64,000 bases of DNA from an uncultured bacterium (GTDB lineage: Bacteria > Desulfobacterota_D > UBA1144 > Nemesobacterales > UBA2774): assembly GCA_963825135.1 (NCBI GenBank), contig CAWGRW010000009.1:1888001-1952000 (forward strand). Reading direction: 5' to 3'. How positions within the stretch are numbered: the first letter of the stretch is position 1; the number at the start of each line of letters is the position of its first letter. Positions 57,132 to 64,000 of this stretch are shown one piece after another. The translations under genes were made by a program, and so were the position numbers. Below the pieces are notes generated by a model, which made no database searches, was not told where the DNA came from, and saw only the letters and a program-made list of their open reading frames with translations.

Positions 57132-59573
57132 TCATTTTTCATTCGAGTTGTTCGTCTTTTTTAAAGCCTGCTGCTTTCCGAACTTCCTGTAATCCTCGGC
57201 GTACTCCCTCAGCTTCTTGTCGACGAGGTAGCTTATGCTCCCCCTCTTGAACTTCCCTCCGGCCCCCCTTGTCCCGGCTTCTTTACCCGTCATTATCTCA
57301 ATTGCCTGATCGATCGTCTCGACCGGGTATATATGGAATTTCCCCGATTTGACCGATTGCACGATCTCCCTTTTGAGCATGAGGTTCTTTACGTTCTGGT
57401 ACGGTATCACGACCCCCTGCTCTCCGGTAACGCCCTTGGCCTTACAAACGTCATAGTACCCCTCTACCTTTTCGTTTACGCCCCCTATGGGCTGTATCTG
57501 CCCCTTCTGATTCACGGAGCCCGTAATCGCCAGACCCTGTTTTATCGGGATCCCGGATAGGCTCGACAGCAGCACTATCAGCTCCGCGGCCGATGCGCTG
57601 TCCCCGTCTATCGTTTCATAGCTCTGCTCGAAACCGATGCTGGCCGAGAGGCTGAGGGGCTTGTTCTGGGCGTATCTGGCCCCAATGTAGCCGCTCAGAA
57701 TCAGCACCCCTTTATCGTGAATATTCCCGCTCATTCTGGCTTTCCTCTCGATGTTTACGACGCCTTCGGTCCCCATGAACGTTTCGCAGGTTATACGCGA
57801 CGGCTTGCCGAAGGCGTAATCCCCCATGTTATAGACGGCGAGCCCGTTTATTTGCCCCGTCACCATGCCCTCGACATCGACGAGCAGTACCCCCTTTGCT
57901 ATTAACTCCTGTATCTTTTCCTCCACCATGTTCGATCTGTAGATTTTTTCCTCGATAGCCTTCTCCACGTGCTCGCGTTTTGTAAGGCCTTCCCCGCCGC
58001 CCTGCTTCGCCCAGTAGTCGGCCTCTTTCAGTATTTTCGTTATCGAGCCCAGCTGTACCGACAGCTTGCTCTGATCCCCGGAGAGCCTGGATGAATATTC
58101 GATCATAGTTTCGAGCCCGCTCCTGTCAAACGGGTTAAGCCCGTCCCTGTCGCAGATGGATTTGATGAAGCAGGAGTAATGCGATACCGTTTCGTCGGTC
58201 CTGTCCACGACCGAGTCGAAATCGGCTTTCACCTTAAATAGCTTCCTGAAGTCCTCGTCATAGGCGTAGAGCATCTGATAGAGGTAGGAGCTTCCGGCTA
58301 TTATCACCTTGATGTCGAGCTTAATAGGCTCCGGTCTCAGTCCGACCGTGCTCGAATATCCGAACTGCTGATAGAGGTCCTCTATCCTGAGCTCCTGGTT
58401 CTCTATGGCCTTTTTGAGGGAGTCCCACACGAACGGGAATTTGAACATATCGAGCACCTCGAGCACGATATACCCCCCGTTCGCCTTTGCGAGTGAGCCC
58501 GGGCGTATCATCGTAAAATCCGTGAACAGCGCCCCGAACCTCGCCTCTTTCTCTATGGAGCCGAACAGGTTCGGATAAGTAGGGTGCGACTCGAATATCA
58601 CCGGGGCCCCTTCCGTGAGAGAGTTATCGATGAACACGTTCACCTTGTATTCGGTAAAAGTCGGGGGCTGCTGCTGCGGTGTCCTGAAGGCCAGGGCCAT
58701 CCCGCCCGCCTGCATGTTCTTGTCCGGGAGAAAGTTGTCTATGTTCTCGAGTATATGTTTCTGGAGCTGATCGAAATAATCGATTATTTCCGGAAGTACT
58801 TTATATTTCTCGCTCAGACTTTCGATGAGGTCGCGTACGGCGAAGAGCGCTACCCTTTTCTCAAGCTCCTTTAACTTCTCCCCGGCCTCGCTTTCGATCT
58901 TACGCGCGGTTTTTAACGCTTCCGCGACTTCGTTGTCCGTCTTTTCTTTTTTTTCCATTAATTCTTTCTTTGTAGCGTCGTCGAAGGCGCTGTATTGCTC
59001 CTGAGAGACCGGCTTCCCTTCGACGAGCGGGATCGTAATTATCCCCGTCGGGGAAAACTGAATCTGTATGTTGTTCTCGGCGGCTTTTTTCTGAAGCTCC
59101 TCGAAGAGGACGTTCTTCTTCCTCTGGAACTCGTTCATGATGCTTTGCTTTTGCTCTTCAAACTCCTTACTCTCGAATGCCCTCGGTATATCCGTTTTCA
59201 GGATGTGAAGGAAATCGTCCATGTCCTTTTTTAAGAGTTTGGCTTTCCCCGTCGGCAGCTCTATAGCCCTGGGCTCATTAGGGTCCTGAAAGTTATAGAC
59301 GTAACACCAGTCTTTCGGTGTCGGCTTGCCTTTGGCCACTCTCGCCAGAATGGTCTCTATCGTAGTGGATTTTCCCACGCCGGTCGGCCCGACGAGGAAA
59401 ATATTGTACTCCGAATAATCCATCCCGATGCCGAATTCTATCGCTTCGACCGCCCTTTTCTGACCTATGAAATCCGTACAGGGCGGGAGGTCTTCAGTCG
59501 TCGCGATGTTGAGCTTGCCGAGGTCGCAATACCGGTAAACCTGGGAGGCCTTTAATTCCTGAACCTTTCTCAT
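57132..59573 (-). CDS. Lon-like S16 protease (LonC/AAA_32 type)
   Basis: FIGQKRA, GPTGVGKST, DWCYVYNF, ANGGY, GQINGL, EQSY..IDGDSAS (Ser) and IGGVNEK (Lys). Confidence 0.92.
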   Translation of the reverse strand: MRKVQELKASQVYRYCDLGKLNIATTEDLPPCTDFIGQKRAVEAIEFGIGMDYSEYNIFLVGPTGVGKSTTIETILARVAKGKPTPKDWCYVYNFQDPNEPRAIELPTGKAKLLKKDMDDFLHILKTDIPRAFESKEFEEQKQSIMNEFQRKKNVLFEELQKKAAENNIQIQFSPTGIITIPLVEGKPVSQEQYSAFDDATKKELMEKKEKTDNEVAEALKTARKIESEAGEKLKELEKRVALFAVRDLIESLSEKYKVLPEIIDYFDQLQKHILENIDNFLPDKNMQAGGMALAFRTPQQQPPTFTEYKVNVFIDNSLTEGAPVIFESHPTYPNLFGSIEKEARFGALFTDFTMIRPGSLAKANGGYIVLEVLDMFKFPFVWDSLKKAIENQELRIEDLYQQFGYSSTVGLRPEPIKLDIKVIIAGSSYLYQMLYAYDEDFRKLFKVKADFDSVVDRTDETVSHYSCFIKSICDRDGLNPFDRSGLETMIEYSSRLSGDQSKLSVQLGSITKILKEADYWAKQGGGEGLTKREHVEKAIEEKIYRSNMVEEKIQELIAKGVLLVDVEGMVTGQINGLAVYNMGDYAFGKPSRITCETFMGTEGVVNIERKARMSGNIHDKGVLILSGYIGARYAQNKPLSLSASIGFEQSYETIDGDSASAAELIVLLSSLSGIPIKQGLAITGSVNQKGQIQPIGGVNEKVEGYYDVCKAKGVTGEQGVVIPYQNVKNLMLKREIVQSVKSGKFHIYPVETIDQAIEIMTGKEAGTRGAGGKFKRGSISYLVDKKLREYAEDYRKFGKQQALKKTNNSNEK

Positions 59574-59972
59574 CCATATTCCCCTTTGTTGAGGTTATCT
59601 TTGTGTGTGAATCGTAATCCGATACCTGTATGAAATACTACCATCCCGCAAAGTCCCAATCAAAGTAAAGGCAATTCAGATCTGCGGCCGGGAAAAGCCG
59701 GATTATTCCTTATTTACGGGAAAGAGTAAACCTTATTAAACTCTATCGCCCGGACTCCGCTATCCGGGTCCGGGCCCCGCGCGAAATCAGGTTCATCATC
59801 TCCTGTGTAAAGACGGCCCGGCACTCTGAATTACCGCATCGCGGGAAATGCGCTCAAATGGTCTGATCGGTGATTCCTTTTAAAATCTATCTTTTTGTTT
59901 ATCATTATCCCCTGTTTATCAATTTTAGCCCGCCGGAATGCGGAGCACATATAACCGAACAGGGAGAATCGA

Positions 59973-60971
59973 TTGAAACGTTTTGCCGCGCTCACGATTC
60001 TGATATTGGCTATTATCTTTCAGTCGTGCGCATCGCCCGGCTCCCGATACGGCGGGGAGACCGGGAGAGGGCCGCTCTTCCCGGTGGAGAGAGACTTTAA
60101 ATGGGGCTTTATTGACGGAAAAGGGGACCTGGTAATACCGTACAAATATGAAGGCGCGGTAGATTTTTCGGAGGACCGGGCGCTTGTGAAAGTTGACGGG
60201 AGATGGGGCTATATAAACGAGTTCGATATAATGGTCATCACCCCTCAGTTCGAGGAGGCGCAGAAATTCTCGGAGGGACTCGCTCAGGTCAAGATCGACG
60301 GACGTTACGGATATATAGACAGCGTCGGTAAAATAGTTTCCGAGCCTCAGTTTGAGAAAACCGAGCCCTTTTCAGAGGGGCTTGCGAGCGTGAAAATTAA
60401 CGGTTTGTGGGGCTACATTAATAAACGAGGGAAAATGGTGATCGAGCCCGGTTATGGAAGGGCGTTCAGTTTTTCCGACGGATATGCGCTGATAGTCGTC
60501 GACGGTGAGGGCGGATATATAAAGAAAAACGGGGATGTCTTCATCAAGCCCCGGTATGAATGGGCAGAGGGGTATTCAGACGGGCTCGCGTGCGTTGTGC
60601 TTGATGGTAAATACGTGTATCTGGATAAATTCGGCGAAGTAAAATTGAAAACGGATTTTGAAGGGGCGAGACATTTCACGGAGGGCGCCGCCGCGATAAC
60701 GAGAAACGGAAGGCAGGGATTTATCAACAAGAGCGGACTCCTCATAGTCCAGCCGGAGTACGATGAAGTCGGCGATTTCTCCGAAGGACTCGCGACGATT
60801 AAACAGGACGGCGTTTGGGGGTTCGTCAACAAGAGGGGCGAGGTCGTGATAAAGCCCCGGTTCCAGACTGCCGTAAGCTTCTCACAGGGCCTCGCAATCG
60901 TGGAGCTCGGCAACGGCGACTGGGGTTACATAGACAAGAAAGGGAATTTCGTATGGAGATCCTCTGAATGA
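59973..60971 (+). CDS. WG-repeat lipoprotein
   Basis: Lipobox FQSC; tandem FSEGLA.V..DG.WGYI repeats. Confidence 0.9.
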   Translation: MKRFAALTILILAIIFQSCASPGSRYGGETGRGPLFPVERDFKWGFIDGKGDLVIPYKYEGAVDFSEDRALVKVDGRWGYINEFDIMVITPQFEEAQKFSEGLAQVKIDGRYGYIDSVGKIVSEPQFEKTEPFSEGLASVKINGLWGYINKRGKMVIEPGYGRAFSFSDGYALIVVDGEGGYIKKNGDVFIKPRYEWAEGYSDGLACVVLDGKYVYLDKFGEVKLKTDFEGARHFTEGAAAITRNGRQGFINKSGLLIVQPEYDEVGDFSEGLATIKQDGVWGFVNKRGEVVIKPRFQTAVSFSQGLAIVELGNGDWGYIDKKGNFVWRSSE

Positions 60972-60993
60972 GCCTCTGTAAGCACGCCGTTTT

Positions 60994-61935
60994 TTAACCC
61001 GCGCCGATTTTTTGCGCCTTTTCTTCGGCGGCCTCTAGATGCTCGGTTGAGTTTTGAGCGGGTCTCAGGAGTCCTCCCGTGGAGCCCAGTATCAGGGCGA
61101 TGCCCAGCAGGGTGGTAATCTGGAATACATGCTGCCAGATGAGAAGGTCGTACCCTGCCGAGAACCCGACCCTGATAAAACCGGCCGAGGCGACAGCGGG
61201 GGCTTCGCCGATCGAGAAGGCCTTGGTCATTGCGAGCTGGCCTATGGTCCCGAATACCCCCATGCCGGCCAGCATCAGCAGATTCGCCGGCTTCTCCATA
61301 AACGAAAGGTTAAAATCCTTCCCGAGCACCAATATCAGGAGAAGACATACCGCCGCTGCGGTACCGGAGAAGTGCGCGACTATCGTCCTCGGATCGATAT
61401 CCCTCAACTTTCGCAGGAGTATCATGACGATTGCGCCCGTGAGGGCGGCGAAGAGCGCCGCGAGGCCGGCGGTGATATGATCCGTCATGTGGGCGTGCTC
61501 GACGAGTATGACGCCGGTCATCCCGAGAACAATCGAGATCCAAACCCTTTTGCCGGTTGCCTCTCCGAGTAAAATCCCGGCCAGAATAGCTACCCATAGC
61601 GGCCTTGACTCCGTTATAACCGCGACGTCGGAAATGGGAAGCTCAGTCAGGGCGTAAAACGTGGCTATCATCGCAGCGCAGCCCACCAGGCTCCTCAGCC
61701 ATAAAAGCGGTCTATTGAGCAGGAACGGTTTTAAGCCCGCGCGCCGTGTGAGAAATAGCGATATCGCGAACGACATCAGCATTCTCAGGAATGCCAGAAT
61801 AAGCCAGTCGCACTCGCTTCCGAGGGCGTGTATCAGGGCCCCCATGGTGGCGAAGTCGAACCCGCCCACTATCATCCATAAGATCGCCTTATTGTTCCTG
61901 GTGGAGAGAGGCCCCAGGTTCTCAATGATTTTCAT
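60994..61935 (-). CDS. DMT/EamA family transporter
   Basis: About 10 TM segments; LRSLVG, LLGE and GQLAMTKAF. Confidence 0.88.
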   Translation of the reverse strand: MKIIENLGPLSTRNNKAILWMIVGGFDFATMGALIHALGSECDWLILAFLRMLMSFAISLFLTRRAGLKPFLLNRPLLWLRSLVGCAAMIATFYALTELPISDVAVITESRPLWVAILAGILLGEATGKRVWISIVLGMTGVILVEHAHMTDHITAGLAALFAALTGAIVMILLRKLRDIDPRTIVAHFSGTAAAVCLLLILVLGKDFNLSFMEKPANLLMLAGMGVFGTIGQLAMTKAFSIGEAPAVASAGFIRVGFSAGYDLLIWQHVFQITTLLGIALILGSTGGLLRPAQNSTEHLEAAEEKAQKIGAG

Positions 61936-62087
61936 TTATTCTCTTGTGTGGGCGGGAGCCTGTTCCGTCCGGGCGCGACCCTTCCCCGCTCCCTCCGTAA
62001 TCATACGGACAGGCTTGACAGCCTATGCGGATAATATAACCGATCACCGGGACTCGATCCGGGGTCCTTCCATAATGTCTTCTTGTT

Positions 62088-62888
62088 TTACAGGAGGTTG
62101 TCGTGGTCATTGAGAAATCTCATGACTATCCGGTTGAACTCGTCTGGTTTCTCGATGGGCGGCACGTGCCCGCAGTTTTTAAGAATAGCAAGGGTGGAAT
62201 TTTCAATCTCCTCTCTCAGTATCCTCGAGTATTTGACCGGTACGAGTATGTCTTCCTCTCCCGCAATGATAAGGGTAGGGGCTTTAATCTCCGACACGCG
62301 CTCGCGCAGATCGTGCCTCATGCTCGCCTTTGAGAGGCTCACGACTGATTTTACGGGGTTTATGGCCAGATTCATTTCCTTAAGCGCCATCATCCTTTCC
62401 AGATTCTTTTTCGTAAACTCCTCAGAAAAGAGATAGGGCAGGGCTACGTCATACCTTAGTCCGCCCCCGCCGGCCTCCGCCGATTTGATCCACGAGGTTA
62501 TTATCAGTTCGAGGAGCGTATCCACGTAGGAGCATGTATCGACCAGTACGAGCGCTCCCGTCTTTTCCGGATATCGCAACGCGAAGTGCTGAGCGATCAT
62601 GCCCCCGTTCGAAAGCCCTATTATATGCGCTCTCGGTATCTCCAGCTTTTCCAGCAGGAGGCTGAGGTCCTCCGCGTGCATCTCCTGCGAATATTCCATG
62701 TCGGGCCTGTCCGACCCCCCCTGACCCCTGCAGTCGTACCTGACCATCCTGTAATTCCTGCCGAAGGGTTCGACCTGGAGCAGCCAGCCGTTGAGGTCCA
62801 TGGTCAGGCCGTTTATGAATACGACGGGCGGCCCTGAGCCCGATATCTCGTATTGCAGCTCTATGGAGTCTATCCTTACTCTAGGCAT
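62088..62888 (-). CDS. Alpha/beta hydrolase (enol-lactonase-like)
   Basis: RYDCRGQG.S, GLSNGG, PTLIIAGEED and GHVPPIEKPDEF. Confidence 0.9.
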   Translation of the reverse strand: MPRVRIDSIELQYEISGSGPPVVFINGLTMDLNGWLLQVEPFGRNYRMVRYDCRGQGGSDRPDMEYSQEMHAEDLSLLLEKLEIPRAHIIGLSNGGMIAQHFALRYPEKTGALVLVDTCSYVDTLLELIITSWIKSAEAGGGGLRYDVALPYLFSEEFTKKNLERMMALKEMNLAINPVKSVVSLSKASMRHDLRERVSEIKAPTLIIAGEEDILVPVKYSRILREEIENSTLAILKNCGHVPPIEKPDEFNRIVMRFLNDHDNLL

Positions 62889-63708
62889 CCTTCCTGAGCG
62901 TCTCCTGAGCGTCGCTGAAAAGACCCCTCAGATCCCTGATTACATAGTCGGGTTTAATCTCGGAGTGTTTTATATCTTCTTCGGAGGTGGAGCCGGAAAG
63001 GGCGAGTATCGTAGATATGCCTGCGTTCCTGCCCCCAGCAATATCGGTGTCCAGACGGTCTCCGATGATCGCGAACCTGTCTCTGTCCCTGTGGAGGTGC
63101 TCGGCGAGAGCCACTTCATACATGATGATCTCGGGCTTTCCGGCGACGACCGCTTTCTTCCCGCAGGCGGTCTCTATCGACGCGAGCATCGCCCCGGTCG
63201 CCGGTATCAGACCTTCCGGGGAAGGGTAGGCGGGGTCGCGGTTCGTGGCGAAGAATTTAGCCCCGTTGCGTATTGCGAGCGCCGCGAGCTTCATTTCCTC
63301 ATAATGGAAATCGGGGTGCCCTCCGACTATGACGAAGTCCGCTCGTTTGGCTTCCTCTCCGTCCACGATAGCAAGTCCGGTAAGACCGATTTCTTCCTTC
63401 AGGGAACCGCTCCCGACGACGTACGCCTTCTTCTCTCTTATGTCCCCGAATGAATTCCTGATATGGTACGCTATAGCCATTCCCGACGTGACCACGTCTC
63501 CTGGGCTTACGGGGATCCCCATGCCCCGCAGCTTTTCCGAATATCCCGACGCCGTCATTCTCGGGTCGTTGGTCAAAAAAATTACTATCTTTCCGATTTT
63601 CTTAAGGAGGTTCAATGTTTGAACTGAGCCTTCTGTCGGTTCCTCGCCCACGTAGACCACCCCGTCGAGGTCAATTAGAAAACAGTCGAATCGTTCAGCG
63701 AGAATCAT
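62881..63708 (-). CDS. HAD-IIA family hydrolase (NagD-like)
   Basis: DLDGVVY, FLTND, ATNRD, GKP and IGDRLDTDIAG. Confidence 0.92.
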   Translation of the reverse strand: MILAERFDCFLIDLDGVVYVGEEPTEGSVQTLNLLKKIGKIVIFLTNDPRMTASGYSEKLRGMGIPVSPGDVVTSGMAIAYHIRNSFGDIREKKAYVVGSGSLKEEIGLTGLAIVDGEEAKRADFVIVGGHPDFHYEEMKLAALAIRNGAKFFATNRDPAYPSPEGLIPATGAMLASIETACGKKAVVAGKPEIIMYEVALAEHLHRDRDRFAIIGDRLDTDIAGGRNAGISTILALSGSTSEEDIKHSEIKPDYVIRDLRGLFSDAQETLRKDA

Positions 63709-63768
63709 TAGGGTTATTGAGAGGGTGCATCCTGGCGCCCGGACCGGGGTCTTTACATGCGGGTGAAA

Positions 63769-63999
63769 TCAACCCCAGATATGCTTTTTAAGCTCTTCCT
63801 GTTTATCGTCTCCGGATTCTTTTTTAAAGAGCGAAACCACCCTCGATTGGTCGTCCTGTGCTATCTCTACCCCGATCAGGCCTAGGACGTCCACGGCCGC
63901 CTGCCTGTAGCCCTCATAGTACTCCTCCACTTCTCCCGAAGCCCTTACGGTCTTGGAGTCGAGAAAAAGCGCAATTGCCGCGAACTCCGGCAGGACGTC
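63769..63999 (-). CDS. Hypothetical protein, C-terminal part (runs off the window end)
   Basis: Open frame ...DVLPEFAAIALFLDSKTVRASGEVEEYYEGYRQAAVDVLGLIG...LKKHIWG-stop, with codon usage like its neighbours. Confidence 0.6.
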   Translation of the reverse strand, partial: DVLPEFAAIALFLDSKTVRASGEVEEYYEGYRQAAVDVLGLIGVEIAQDDQSRVVSLFKKESGDDKQEELKKHIWG

Positions 64000-64000
64000 G

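Noticed and set aside
59748..59775. GCCCGGAC/GTCCGGGC hairpin in the Lon-WG divergent spacer
   Set aside because: A single hairpin with no second copy or recognisable RNA family.
1..64000. CRISPR array, rRNA or tRNA genes
   Set aside because: No regularly spaced repeats, cloverleaf or rRNA-like sequence was recognised by eye; a covariance-model scan is needed to exclude small RNAs.

Overview
Bacterial chromosomal window from a diderm organism (Wza, TolB, Lnt, OprB and AsmA-like genes). Taxonomy cannot be fixed from the sequence alone. It has two visibly different halves. (1) Bases ~1-25.2 kb form an AT-richer surface-polysaccharide locus. It encodes a deacetylase (partial), a frameshifted CelD/BcsL-like GNAT, three GT-C-type membrane transferases (two are clear paralogues), an SGNH protein, a beta-propeller glycosidase, a GtrB-like GT2 plus GtrA, a methyltransferase, a GT2, Wzm/Wzt, a WecA-like initiating transferase, an O-antigen-ligase-like protein, a TPR/carbohydrate-binding protein, Wzc, Wza and a secreted Cys-rich leader protein, plus an IS3 relic. 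(2) Bases ~25.5-64 kb are GC-richer housekeeping and stress genes: hisD, hisC, lnt, lgt, HNH, tolB, thpR, ada, an mhq-like detox cluster, MFS, AsmA-like, mscL, aat, a Lon-like protease and others. The most striking observation is the WecA-like enzyme fused to two tandem MshEN-type modules (c-di-GMP receptor family) with exact 24-5-24 spacing but substituted signature arginines, plus a D-to-N change in the VFMGD motif. It sits in a hybrid ABC-flippase/Wza-Wzc/ligase locus headed by a secreted protein with an unusual C-terminal anchor. No rRNA, tRNA or CRISPR array was recognised. All family calls come from motif recognition by eye, not from database searches.
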